Origin: a virus
DNA length: 64,000 bases
IMG/VR virus record: IMGVR_UViG_3300035660_000005
Span: 14,298-78,297 of that record
Strand: one strand, 5' to 3'
Shown here: positions 19,779-29,446 of the stretch, one piece after another
Layout of the letters: every line of letters begins with the position of its first letter
Numbering within the stretch: position 1 is the first letter of the stretch
The notes under the pieces: model-generated
Databases searched by the model: none
The model's input: the letters and a program-made list of their open reading frames with translations, nothing else
Told to the model about the DNA's origin: nothing
Program-made: the position numbers and the translations under genes

Positions 19779-20048
19779 TTACGTGCTTAGCAGCCTCGCC
19801 TGATCCTCCGTCGCCGGCGGTGGCTCGGCCTGCTCTTCTGCTTGCAGTTCCTCGGCCTTCGCGTAGCGATAGCCGAGATCCCAACCCTCGAGCGCGGCCT
19901 TGGCAGCGATCACCTGAGTCTCTGCCTCTTCGCGCGCAGCCTCGATCTGTTCAGCCTGCTCGTCGAGCTCTTGAAGCTGCGCTCGGTTAAGCACCACCTG
20001 GCGCTCGATCATGTCGCGGTCGATCAGGGTCGTCTGTGGCTGTGCCAT
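19779..20048 (-). CDS. Coiled-coil hypothetical protein
   Basis: AAGGAGG RBS; heptad-rich sequence. Confidence 0.6.
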   Translation of the reverse strand: MAQPQTTLIDRDMIERQVVLNRAQLQELDEQAEQIEAAREEAETQVIAAKAALEGWDLGYRYAKAEELQAEEQAEPPPATEDQARLLST

Positions 20049-20083
20049 AGTTGGCTATGCCCTCCTTATAGTCCTCTCCACGC

Positions 20084-20710
20084 TTAGGACGCGTAGAGCG
20101 GGATCTTGAAGAACGTGTCGCCGACCTTGACACGGATGTAGCCCGTGTTCGCAGGTAGTGCGGCGGGCGAGCCGGTCTTGGCCGCCAGGTTGGTCTCCTC
20201 GTCGAGCTTAGCGAAGCAGTCCCACTTCAGGGAGTCCTCGGCCGCCTCGACACGGATGAACGACACGTCGCCGGTCACTGCGCACGACATGTTCATGCGC
20301 CCACGCGCGAACATGAGGTCGCCCGCGATGGTGCGCACCGAGTTGAGGTCGCTGACGGCTTCGAGTTCGAGAACGCGCGCCACGCCACTGAGGTTACCCG
20401 TCGTGCCCTTCAGGTAGACGTCGATGTGCTTGCCAATGATGTTGGTGCCGGCGATGCCGTCGTTGAAGCGGGGCGAGGTCTCGCCGCCGATCACCGAGGC
20501 CGTGCCGGTCACGCTAGCTGCTGGCTTCGACTGGGAGCCGATAATGCTGCCGGAAGTGGCGGTGAAGTCGCGGCTGTTGATGCGGACGGTCTTGCCGTCG
20601 GTCTTGGTGTAGAGAAGTAGGTGGCCGGCAGCCGCGTCGATCTCAACCACGGCCGCGCCTGCGGGGGTAGGCCCAAAGAGCAGGGCCTTGAGGGTACGGT
20701 ACTTGAGCAT
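20084..20710 (-). CDS. Head decoration/fibre-like protein
   Basis: Immediately after the major capsid gene; fibre-like C-terminus GYIRVKVGDTFFKIPLY. Confidence 0.55.
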   Translation of the reverse strand: MLKYRTLKALLFGPTPAGAAVVEIDAAAGHLLLYTKTDGKTVRINSRDFTATSGSIIGSQSKPAASVTGTASVIGGETSPRFNDGIAGTNIIGKHIDVYLKGTTGNLSGVARVLELEAVSDLNSVRTIAGDLMFARGRMNMSCAVTGDVSFIRVEAAEDSLKWDCFAKLDEETNLAAKTGSPAALPANTGYIRVKVGDTFFKIPLYAS

Positions 20711-20784
20711 TTCGTAGTCCTCCTGTCGAGCGCTCCTCGCGGGAGCGATCGTCTCCTCCTGACGATTCGTCAGAGAGGCCTAGC

Positions 20785-20818
20785 GGGAGCGGGCAGTCCG
20801 TTAAGTTGCCCGCTCCCC
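20785..20818 (-). terminator. GC-rich hairpin downstream of the major capsid gene
   Basis: GGGAGCGGGCAG-loop-TTGCCCGCTCCC; no U-tract. Confidence 0.55.
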
Positions 20819-20843
20819 ATATTCAGTTTGACGTCGTGGTCGA

Positions 20844-21818
20844 TTACGGCTCGACGCTGACGTTGTAAGCGATGGCCGTCGCCTTGGCGACTGCGATCCG
20901 CGCGTCGATACGCGTGGTCACGATGAAGCTCGTGACGCCCTCGCGGGGGTCACGGAACTGCTCCATCTTGATGGCCCGACGGAAGCCCGCGTAGAGGTTC
21001 ATGCGGTGGGTAAGCAGAACGAACGACTTGTCCGGACTGCCTGGGATCACCTTCATGAGCGGGACACTCACGATGGAGATCCCCTGGTAGGTGAGCGGGC
21101 GGGTGCCGGATAGGATCTCGTCACCCAGAGCAGTGCCGCGCTCAGCGAGCTGGTCGCGGTACTTCTCCTCAAGGATGGTCGGGACGTAGAAGCGCATGTT
21201 CGCGAGGTCGCGCTTGTACATCGGCGGCAGGCTCTTCAGAAGCGTGCCGAAGACGGTCTGGTAGTCCTGGCCGAGAACGGTGACGTCAGCGGCGTTGTTG
21301 CCCGTCTGCTCGCCACAGCGTGCCAGCCAGCCATCCAGCAGGTTGAGGTAGCCGGTGGTGTCGTCGGTGTTGTCGACGAAGGAGTTGTCCATGTCACCGC
21401 AGATCATGAGCTCCTCGACGTCGCGACCGACACCCTCCGCCACCATCGAGATGATGGTGTCGGCGAAGCCAGCGCGCTCCACCTGGTCCTCAAGGACCTC
21501 GTCGGTGACTGGGACCTCACCGCGAAGCAGCACGGTGGACATCTCGATGACGCCGGTTGTTGGCTTCACACGATTGGCCGTGTCCAGCCGCTCACCCTCG
21601 GTGCCTGCACGCATGATGCGTGCGGAGAAGTCGATTGTGCTCTCCTGCCACTTACTGGCGTTGTTCATGACGGTGCGAACGTCGGGGAGCATCTTCTGCG
21701 GCTTGATCGCCATCCGCAGGAACGTCTGCACCTGCTCAATGGTGAGCGGAGCCTCGCCTGCGCCGCCGAAGTCGGCAAGCGCCAGCGTGGCCTTGCGAAG
21801 CAGCTCTTCGTTTGTCAT
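20844..21818 (-). CDS. Major capsid protein (HK97 fold)
   Basis: EVPVTDEVLEDQVE...GRDVEELMICGD...DGWL...YRDQLAERGTALGD pattern; 324 aa. Confidence 0.9.
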   Translation of the reverse strand: MTNEELLRKATLALADFGGAGEAPLTIEQVQTFLRMAIKPQKMLPDVRTVMNNASKWQESTIDFSARIMRAGTEGERLDTANRVKPTTGVIEMSTVLLRGEVPVTDEVLEDQVERAGFADTIISMVAEGVGRDVEELMICGDMDNSFVDNTDDTTGYLNLLDGWLARCGEQTGNNAADVTVLGQDYQTVFGTLLKSLPPMYKRDLANMRFYVPTILEEKYRDQLAERGTALGDEILSGTRPLTYQGISIVSVPLMKVIPGSPDKSFVLLTHRMNLYAGFRRAIKMEQFRDPREGVTSFIVTTRIDARIAVAKATAIAYNVSVEP

Positions 21819-21861
21819 GGTCGTTCCTCTCTCCTTAGGGTTGGTCTGTCTTCCCCTGGCT

Positions 21862-22299
21862 CTACTTCAGCTCGAGCGAGTGGCCGGAGCCACGCCGCAC
21901 GAACTTCGTGAAGGCCTTCGCTAGCGACGTCTCGGGGGTGTCGTCGTCCTTGGGTGCCGTGTCGTCGCCCTCGATGCTCTTGCGCAGAGCCGTAGCCTTC
22001 TCCAGCTTGCCCACACGGTCCATCACCGCGTCGAACGCCTTGGTGAGGGTCTCCATGAAAGCGCTCAGAGCAGCGACGGTCTTTGCGACATCGCCCTCTC
22101 CGCCCAGCGCCTTCTCGACGGCATCGATGCGCGCCGTAAGCGCGGTCAGGTCTACCGTCCCCGGCTTTGGGTCAGGAGTGGCGTTGGGATCCGGCGTCGC
22201 GTTGGGGTCAGGGGTTGCGTTCGGGTCCGCCGGCTTCAGGGCGGCCTGAAGTGTCTCGTTGAGTCCCGCCCAGAACCCGTCCTTCTTCTCTTCGGCCAT
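21862..22299 (-). CDS. Scaffolding protein
   Basis: Upstream of the capsid gene; DPNATP tandem repeats, coiled coil, several K-[AS] sites. Confidence 0.7.
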   Translation of the reverse strand: MAEEKKDGFWAGLNETLQAALKPADPNATPDPNATPDPNATPDPKPGTVDLTALTARIDAVEKALGGEGDVAKTVAALSAFMETLTKAFDAVMDRVGKLEKATALRKSIEGDDTAPKDDDTPETSLAKAFTKFVRRGSGHSLELK

Positions 22300-22310
22300 T
22301 GTCGTCTCCC

Positions 22311-22853
22311 TTACTCTTCGCCAGCCGCCTCCACCTTGGCCCGTAGGTCCTCCACGGCCTTGGCGAGCTGGCTGGCCTTGTCCTCGCTGGTGGCCTCGGA
22401 GCGGTAAATGTTCGCCACCTGCTTACAGAAGTTGGGCCACTCCGCGAGGATCGCCTTCTGCATTCCTGGTGTTGGGTACGCGTTGTCTGGCTTCTTGGCC
22501 TTCATCTTCTCCCACATGGTCTTCAGGAAGTCGATGAACGCCTTCGGTGCGGGGTATCCGTAGCCGTCCGGCTTCTTGTTGCCGTACTGCTCCTCAAGGA
22601 ACTTGAGGATCGTGTCGCAGGCGTCCTTCACTTCCTTCGGGACGTCTCCGTCCTTGAGCTCCGTCAGCTGGGCAGTGAGGTCGTTGGCGGCCTTGATGAG
22701 TTCGGCCTCCTGCTTGATGAGTTCGTCCAGCTCCTCGACGCCGGTGATGTCCGCATTCTTCATAACGGCCCATCCCTCCTCTTCGTTCGCGGAATGATCG
22801 ACGCCGGACGTCTCGTCCCAGCGCAGGTTGACAATCTTCTTAGCAGTAGGCAT
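22311..22853 (-). CDS. Prohead scaffold / protease-partner protein
   Basis: N-terminal LRWDETSGVDHSAN...AVMK resembles the E.S.VD..AN motif of proteins that follow XkdF-type proteases. Confidence 0.6.
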   Translation of the reverse strand: MPTAKKIVNLRWDETSGVDHSANEEEGWAVMKNADITGVEELDELIKQEAELIKAANDLTAQLTELKDGDVPKEVKDACDTILKFLEEQYGNKKPDGYGYPAPKAFIDFLKTMWEKMKAKKPDNAYPTPGMQKAILAEWPNFCKQVANIYRSEATSEDKASQLAKAVEDLRAKVEAAGEE

Positions 22854-22867
22854 GGTAGTCCGACCTC

Positions 22868-22897
22868 ATTCTAAGCGACGACAACACCAGTGGGCAA
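22868..22897 (-). promoter_or_regulatory. Putative promoter of the scaffold-capsid-tail operon
   Basis: TTGCCC-N18-TAGAAT ending 14 nt before the ATG. Confidence 0.5.
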
Positions 22898-23037
22898 CAC
22901 AACGGTACCCCACGGCTTTAGGGAGACTCGACGGGGCACAGGTAGGTCTTAGAGGACTTCGTGAGGTGCGGGACACGAGGAACGAACCACACGCTAACAG
23001 CGCGCTTGAGGCGACACGCACACTGGCGGGACACCAA

Positions 23038-23066
23038 GAGCGGGCCGTCTTAGGACCGGCCCGCTC
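23038..23066. terminator. Hairpin separating the early island from the capsid operon
   Basis: GAGCGGGCCG-loop-CGGCCCGCTC perfect 10-bp stem. Confidence 0.6.
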
Positions 23067-23105
23067 CTAGCGGAGGTGTGTTGGAGAGACTGTCAACTGT
23101 CTACG

Positions 23106-23356
23106 TTACGGTCGTCGCATCTTCTCGAGGTCGTACTTGATGATCAGGCTGAGCCTGAACAGGGTCGCTTCGGCCGACGTCATCTTCATTACTTCACCCT
23201 CCTCGGGAACTGGATGACCTTGCCGCGGTCGCGCTCCTGGATCCGTTCGAGTATCGGGCGCTCGAAGCAGCGTGCCATCTCGCGGCGACTACCGCTGGAC
23301 TCGCGCAGGAACCGATGTAGTTCCAGGTCGATGATTCCGTCTGTTTGCGTCTTCAT
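23106..23356 (-). CDS. Two coupled small ORFs (55 aa at 23189-23356; 27 aa at 23106-23189) behind promoter cassette B
   Basis: MKTQTDGIIDLELHRF... and MKMTSAEATLFRL...; TAATG stop/start overlap. Confidence 0.55.
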
Positions 23357-23439
23357 CTCCTCTTACCTCCACCTATATCATCCATGATAGGAAGACAGAG
23401 GTCAACGGGTTAGAGAGCAATATTTGGAATTTGATTTAC
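23348..23439 (-). promoter_or_regulatory. Early promoter/RBS cassette, copy B
   Basis: TTGACC-N17-GATGAT with an AT-rich upstream region; identical to copy A downstream and to copy D upstream. Confidence 0.8.
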
Positions 23440-23756
23440 TAATCAGTACTGCATTGTACTGGATGAAGTGCTGCCCATGCTGGCGAGCACTGGATCAAGA
23501 CGGTAGCTGTCACAGTGGTCGGGGAGCGAGGAGTTGAACCTCGGCTTCCTGGTCCCAGGCCAGGGGTGCTGCCGTAACACCTCTCCCCGACTAGAGCCGG
23601 CTCCGTTGGCGTCGCGGGCTCGACGGCGGCGGCCGCTGGCGCGGAGCTCGTGCCGGCAGTGGGGCTCGGCTCAGCACTTGAACTGTACAACGTATGCGCA
23701 CTCACCAGCAACACAACGACGGTCAGCAGCTTCAGCAGGAAGGCGAGCATCACCAC
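23439..23756 (-). CDS. Possible secreted protein whose ORF overlaps tRNA-Pro
   Basis: Signal-peptide-like N-terminus and Pro/Ala/Thr linker; ORF runs through the tRNA. Confidence 0.4.
   Translation of the reverse strand: MVMLAFLLKLLTVVVLLVSAHTLYSSSAEPSPTAGTSSAPAAAAVEPATPTEPALVGERCYGSTPGLGPGSRGSTPRSPTTVTATVLIQCSPAWAALHPVQCSTD
23516..23589 (-). tRNA. tRNA-Pro(TGG), outside the array
   Basis: CGGGGAG/CTCCCCG acceptor, CCTGG-CCTGGGA-CCAGG anticodon arm, T-arm, ACCA end. Confidence 0.85.
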
Positions 23757-23964
23757 GCCCTAATCCCGCTCGGTGCGCCGCCACGTCCCTCCTCGTGTGG
23801 AGTGAACAGGTCAGCTGCGTTGACGATACGGCCACCGTGCTCGTTATACCGGATCTCATGAGCTGGGACTGAGTTGCCCGAGCGCCGCGCTGGTTGCACT
23901 CGCTTGGCTAGCACATCACGCATGGTCGTGCGAGGCGGAATGCTACCCCGAGGCGGAATGCCTC

Positions 23965-24624
23965 TCACCAGAAGCTCGGTTCACCACTGTCGCTGGGTGT
24001 CGGTGGAATCTCTGGTCCCTCTTCCTCCTCGCGTTCCTGTGGGGCATGCTCGTCAGGCGCCAGCTCCTCTGCACGGAACCAGATCTCTTCCATCGAGCCG
24101 AACCTGACGAAGTAGACCCAGCTCTCCCGAGGGTCGCGCTCGATGCGCACGACGCGACCGTGGTACTCGAACCACTGGGACTCCTTCTCGCACACGACGA
24201 TGTAGTCGCCAACGTTGAACACTGGCTTCTCATCTTTCGCGGTCAGTCGTTCCATCGTGGTTGCTCCGCCGTCGTTAATTAGCCGGGTCGGTGGTTTCGC
24301 GACACGAGGATCGTCCTCTGGCTGAGCCAACTCCAACTGACGAACTGCTTGCTCACACACCGCTTCCAACGCCGGCGGCAGTGGAGGCGGCTCGAAGAGG
24401 TGGCGAAGTTCGGGTGGTGCGCTCTCGCGACACCAGGCGTCTAGCGCCTTTCCGCGTCGACGTGCGAACTCGAGGTACTCGTCCACCAGACCCCTCGTCC
24501 AACTCTCACCAGGTTCCTTCGGGTCTCGCGAGCCGATGCGCTCGATCCGGATCAACAGTGAGTGGTCTGTGTGGGAAAGTGCGGGCAGCTCAAGTCTTGG
24601 CAGTTCCGGCGTCCGTGTCACCAT
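23965..24624 (-). CDS. Hypothetical protein with an SH3/KOW-like C-terminal domain
   Basis: FNVGDYIVV...GRVVRI...YFVRFG...EEL; GGAGG RBS and an upstream TATAAT. Confidence 0.55.
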   Translation of the reverse strand: MVTRTPELPRLELPALSHTDHSLLIRIERIGSRDPKEPGESWTRGLVDEYLEFARRRGKALDAWCRESAPPELRHLFEPPPLPPALEAVCEQAVRQLELAQPEDDPRVAKPPTRLINDGGATTMERLTAKDEKPVFNVGDYIVVCEKESQWFEYHGRVVRIERDPRESWVYFVRFGSMEEIWFRAEELAPDEHAPQEREEEEGPEIPPTPSDSGEPSFW

Positions 24625-24755
24625 TGTGAGCCTCCCTCAACCTCTTCGCCTTCTCGATTATAAGGCGCCACAGCAGGCGAACGCTAGCCCCAGAGACCCT
24701 GTGCGAGCGCGCCTTCGTGCGCCGCTGTTCCCTGCGTTCGTTACGTGTTGTCACG

Positions 24756-24974
24756 CTACTCCTGGGCCTGGGTCAAGAGCGAGCGACAGAAGTCCTTGAA
24801 CAGGTACTTCCACTGCGGCTTGAAGTCCTTCTGGGTTAGCGGGTTGCCCTCTGCCCACTTGAGGAAGCCTTCCTGCGTGAGCAGCCACGCCATCGTCTTC
24901 GGGTCTGTGAAGTTCTCGCTCATCAGTGAGCCTCCTCTATCTGGGATGCGGTACTGCTCGACGAGTTGCTGCAT
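24756..24974 (-). CDS. Hypothetical protein
   Basis: ORF track; start uncertain. Confidence 0.45.
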   Translation of the reverse strand: MQQLVEQYRIPDRGGSLMSENFTDPKTMAWLLTQEGFLKWAEGNPLTQKDFKPQWKYLFKDFCRSLLTQAQE

Positions 24975-25040
24975 AGACCACCTAGCGACGTCGCGCCGAA
25001 CCGATGTGACTGGTACACTATTTCCGGCACCGTATTCCCC

Positions 25041-25472
25041 TTACGGTAGTGTGCCCTCTGCGGTGGCGGTGACCTCCAGGTTGGCGCCGGCACAACTCGG
25101 TGCGGGGTCGCCCATCGTCACGGTGAACTTGAGTGTACGGCTATGGCCTGCCTTCAGCTCGATCGGGAGTCCGTAGGGCCCGACGTAGTCAAGCGCGCAC
25201 ACGTCGCCGTCGTTGAACGTCAACGTCAACGCTGCAAGCGTCACGTCCTTGGTGTTGGGGTTGGTGACTGCCACGTCCATCTTGACATGGTCGCCGGGTA
25301 GGATTCCATCCAGCACCGAGGCGTCGGGCGTCACAACCAACACCTGCACTGTACCCACCTGGAACGTGTCCGTGCCTGACCCGGTCACCCGAAGGACTGC
25401 GAACGTCGCCACGCCCACCAAGGCTAGCACGATGGCCGCCCCGGCTGCGATCAGCAGTTTCTTTTCTTTCAT
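25041..25472 (-). CDS. Secreted TasA/CalY-like protein with a SipW-type signal peptide
   Basis: MKEKKLLIAAGAAIVLALVGVATFA, then F..GTV and GILPGD...V.VTN. Confidence 0.6.
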   Translation of the reverse strand: MKEKKLLIAAGAAIVLALVGVATFAVLRVTGSGTDTFQVGTVQVLVVTPDASVLDGILPGDHVKMDVAVTNPNTKDVTLAALTLTFNDGDVCALDYVGPYGLPIELKAGHSRTLKFTVTMGDPAPSCAGANLEVTATAEGTLP

Positions 25473-25840
25473 GCGCCGGCTTCCTTCTTGATGTACCGAC
25501 CGTGCGCGTCGCGCGCAGGGGCACTCGTCACCGGCGCCGGCGTCGCGTCTTCGAGGCAGGGAAGCGGTGTCGGTGTCACTTCGGCCCTGAGCTCATCGAT
25601 AAGTAGGTCGGTGGCGAGCTCGACGGACTCGCCGCGCGTCATGGTGGCACCGTCTGTGAGGCGCTCCTGGATGGCTGCCTGGAACGCTGTGTGCGACTTG
25701 CCGTGCAGCACGCCGCCACAGCGGCAGATGCACACCGGCAGGTGAGCGTCCTCGCAAGCTGCCGAACCCTTGGCCGAGAGCGGCCGCTTGTAGACCTTGC
25801 TCGGGTCTCGCTTGATTGCGTAGACTGCTTTCCTCGTCAT
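25469..25840 (-). CDS. Zn-binding hypothetical protein
   Basis: CEDA...CICRCGGVLHG; start refined to MTRKAVY. Confidence 0.6.
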   Translation of the reverse strand: MTRKAVYAIKRDPSKVYKRPLSAKGSAACEDAHLPVCICRCGGVLHGKSHTAFQAAIQERLTDGATMTRGESVELATDLLIDELRAEVTPTPLPCLEDATPAPVTSAPARDAHGRYIKKEAGA

Positions 25841-26016
25841 CGTGCAACCTCCTTCAGGCTGATGACTGCTATTGGAAGACAGCCGGGGCATACGATGCCC
25901 TTACCCGCGGGTGGTGGGTAGCCGTCGGTGCCGTGGTGAGTGTGCTCGCCGCACAGACAGCAGTCGCCTTCCACGCCGCCGGTAATAGTGTCTTCCTTGC
26001 TTGCCGTTGGTTCCAT
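25837..26016 (-). CDS. Small Zn-ribbon protein (59 aa)
   Basis: Translated by hand: CCLCG...VCPGC; ATGA overlap with the next gene. Confidence 0.5.
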   Translation of the reverse strand: MEPTASKEDTITGGVEGDCCLCGEHTHHGTDGYPPPAGKGIVCPGCLPIAVISLKEVAR

Positions 26017-26083
26017 CTCTTCTCTCTACTCCCTTGTCCTCGTTGGGTGTCGACTACCGCATCTACCGGTTGACGCCTGCGCC

Positions 26084-27147
26084 TCAGCCGCTGTTGTAGA
26101 TGTCGTCGACCAGTGCGCGCGCTCCGGTCTCGAGCTCGCCCTTGTCGCGCAAGGCAATCATGCGGTTCACGAACTCAGTCTTGCGCACCTCGACGCGGTC
26201 GTGGCGACGCTTCGCCTCGTCGTACTGTGCCTGGACGCGGGCCGTGCGACGCTCGGTCTTGCGTACCGGGTCGTGCGTGCCGCAGTAGGGTTGCTCGCCG
26301 AGTGGTGCGTTCTGGGGATCGGCCAGGTCGAGTCGGGGGTCGTGGCGCATGACCGTGGCGTTCTTCTCGCACCGCGAGGAGTCCCAACCTCGCCAAACCT
26401 TCTCACTGCACTTCACCGGCCGTCCGTTGTTGTCCACTATCTTGGCCATCCTACTTCACCTCCTCCAGTTTGAGGTCGCTCACTCGCACCTTGCCGAGCG
26501 TGTCGTCTACGAGCCAGTGAACGACGATCTTGTTGCCGCCGCAGGCAGCCGAGTACCCGTAGTTGGCTTGCTCTCGGCTGAAGCCAACGACGATGCCGAC
26601 CGTGTCGATGTGCGCGGTCGCGTAGCGGTGGTGGTGTCGAGAAACCTCGCTGGGCCTCAGCACCACTCGGTCGCCCTTCTGGAACCCTGCCTGTCGAGGC
26701 CACCTCGTGCGCCGTGTGACCACGCCGACACCGTCGCCATCTGCGGCCGTGCCAACTGGTTCTGGCCCGTATTTGTTGGCCACGCGCGCGTCCATTTCGA
26801 GTTCGCGGCCGCGCTCGAGTCCGCACTCGTAGCACTGGCTTGGGTCGTGCTGCGAGCCCTCTCCGCGTGCGATCGGATCGTTGAGCTCAAACATCTTAAT
26901 TGACCTCCTCCGTCATGAGCCGCCACCGTCGGGTCACCTCGCCAAGCTCTTCGTTAGTGACCTCGCCGCGCTCCCAACGTTGGCGAGTCTCTTGGAGCTG
27001 CCTGGTCACCTCTTCGAGCGTGGTCGTCTGGCGGAGGGTCTCGCGCTCCTGCCGTCTCTGCTCGAGCTCGCGCTCTTTCACACGGCTCTCCCAGAAGCGA
27101 CCCATCTCCTCCACCTCTGTCCTCCGCCCTTTGAAGTTCCCTGTCAT
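26084..27147 (-). CDS. Three early hypothetical genes (26084-26449, 26451-26894, 26896-27147)
   Basis: Tightly packed ORFs, each with a GGAGG-type RBS, downstream of promoter C. Confidence 0.6.
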
Positions 27148-27203
27148 CTCCTCTTACCTCCTACATCTATCGTCCAGGATAGGAAGACAGAGGTCAACGG
27201 GTT
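27145..27203 (-). promoter_or_regulatory. Early promoter/RBS cassette, copy C
   Basis: TTGACC-N17-GACGAT plus GGAGGTAAGAGGAG-ATG. Confidence 0.8.
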
Positions 27204-27252
27204 TGGCGACCAATTTCCAAGAAATTTTCACAGTCGCTCCGTGGAATAAGCC

Positions 27253-27304
27253 AAGTAAAGAGGGTCTAATATATCCTGATTCCACAGCCTGCCGGACTAT
27301 ACAG
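27253..27304. repeat. 52-bp non-coding repeat, copy 2
   Basis: Matches 1251-1302. Confidence 0.9.
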
Positions 27305-27420
27305 TCGCACGAATGCCGACCGTAGAATCGTGTCCTAGTGCGGCAGGTTCCATTTAGCTGTGATAGGAAGTTCAGGGAGGTCCACAGCTAAACGGTTGGA
27401 CGCTGTCGCCTCTAACATTC

Positions 27421-27506
27421 GTAAATGAAATCTCAGATATTGCTCTCTAACCCGTTGACTCCTATCTTCCTATCTGGTACAATAGGTGTGGAGGTAGATG
27501 GAGATG
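27421..27506 (+). promoter_or_regulatory. Early promoter/RBS cassette, copy D (divergent from C)
   Basis: TTGACT(27455)-N17-TACAAT(27478) with an extended -10 TG, then GGAGG and ATG. Confidence 0.85.
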
Positions 27507-29446
27507 AAAGAGAAGAAGTCGACTTGCAAGGCCTGCGGCCACACCGACAAACACTCTTGGCTCTCGGGTTGTCACGCAGGTTGTGGATGCAGCGAGGTCA
27601 AGTAAGATGGCCTCGCGCGTTTACGTGAGCACAAGACAGTTCGAGCTCAGCCACGGACATCGACCGCGCGGCTGCGGTCACTGGGCTTTCACATGCGGCG
27701 ACGAGTCCGAGCTTCACTGGTTCAACGGGCTCTACAGTAGGGCCTGCTGGACAGCCAAGCACGAAGCCAAGATCCTCGGCTTCGATCTCGTGACGGCGCA
27801 GCCGTAGTAAAGGAAAGAGGATGGGCAAGTTCCATGGTCAGTGCCTCGAGGACACGGTCTGCAAGCAATGTGGGCAGCGGTGCTGCAAGTGGTGCCGTGA
27901 GGGGTTCCCTCCGTTGTGTCCCGAGTGCGCCTTGATCCAGCGCCGGGAGCGCGCGGTGGCAGCCAAGAGGTTGGCCGCGGCTTACTGGCCGCAGAAGGAG
28001 TCGCCATGACTGAAGCGCGCTGCAAGCATGGCATGATAACGGCCTACTGCGCGTTCTGCCGCAACCCACTGGACACCATCCACCAGGCGGCTGTGCTGTC
28101 CGCTGAGCGCGTGCGCGAGCGGCGAGACAAGCGCTACGCGAGCGCGGACGTTCGCGACCTGTGGAAGGCCATCGGGTTCCTCGCAGCGCGTGCCACGATC
28201 TCTATCGTAGACCGCGACGAGGATGGAGCCGCCGAGTGTGAGGACGAGTACCAGATCGCAACCGGCGAGACCATCCACGTTCCGGTCAACCCAACGAAGT
28301 GGGGTCACTCGATCACGTTCGAGTTCGAGGCGACCAATTACGAGTTGGCGATCATCGGCTTGCCGCCGTCACTGCTCGAGTTGGCCACGCGCAACGGCAC
28401 AACGCACAGACTACTGAGCAGCACCGCCTTGGGTTGGGCACTCTTCACCTTGGGCTTCCGCGTGGGAGCTCAAGACGTCGACCGCGTTCTCGCCAATGTG
28501 CCACCGGAGCACTTGGATGTCGTCACCCTCGGCGCTCTCTGCGGTATGGAGAGGTAGGAGAGGTTGCCATGCACAGGCCGCACGCTGTGACAGTCGAGGT
28601 CAACATCAAGGACAACAGAGCCGAGAAGGGCTTCCGTACCGAAACACGTACGGTGCACATCAGCGCCCGCAACCAGGCCAATGCTGAGCGGGCAGCGCTC
28701 AAGAGGTTCCCAGGGTGCAAGGTCGTCGAGGAGTGAGATGGGAAACATCCGCGAGCCCGACATCCGCGAGCCCTATGTGAGCGAGCTGGTGAACCTCTAC
28801 CACCTGGCTAAGACGGCGGTCGGCGACCAGCGCTCCTCTCGCATGATATGGGCCGCCAAAGCATTCCACAAGGCACATCCTGAGGTGCCCACTATCCAGG
28901 CGTACAAGCGGCTGGACAAGGCGATAGGCCAAAAGGGGGTACTGAACTGATGATCGGGCTTGTGCTGTTCTGGGTCTTCGCCGGAGTACTTGTTTGGGTA
29001 GTCGGCGCACTGGCTACGACCAAGGTAGCCTACCGTATAGAGTTCATCGACTACTACTCCGATCCAGTTTTCGTCGGCATAGTAGTGATGGCGTGGCCAG
29101 GCTTCGCGTGTGTCGGCGCCGCAGTCGGCGCCGCGTGGCTGCTCGGCCAAGCTGCAATGTGGGTAGACGAGCACAGCGGATGACCGGCTACGACTTCGAA
29201 GACCGCGGCAAGACGCTCTACTTCCCAGGCTCACACTGGGGCAAGCACAACGAGTTGGCTGTGCATGGGCGTAAGGACGACCTCGTTGTCGTGAAGGTGC
29301 CAGCACTCACTGCCTACATCAGTCGCGGCACCGGGTCACACTACTGCCCAGCCGAGTTCCTAGTACTGCAAAAGCGAGGAGCAAGCGCGATGCCAGGCTA
29401 CACGCACGCAGAGCTTCTCATCGCAATTCCGCTGAGGGTGGTATGA
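27504..29446 (+). CDS. Run of eight small early hypothetical genes (27504-27605, 27607-27807, 27821-28009, 28006-28557, 28569-28736, 28738-28950, 28950-29183, 29180-29446)
   Basis: Contiguous or overlapping ORFs with SD motifs behind promoter D; several are Cys-rich and one is a membrane protein. Confidence 0.6.
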
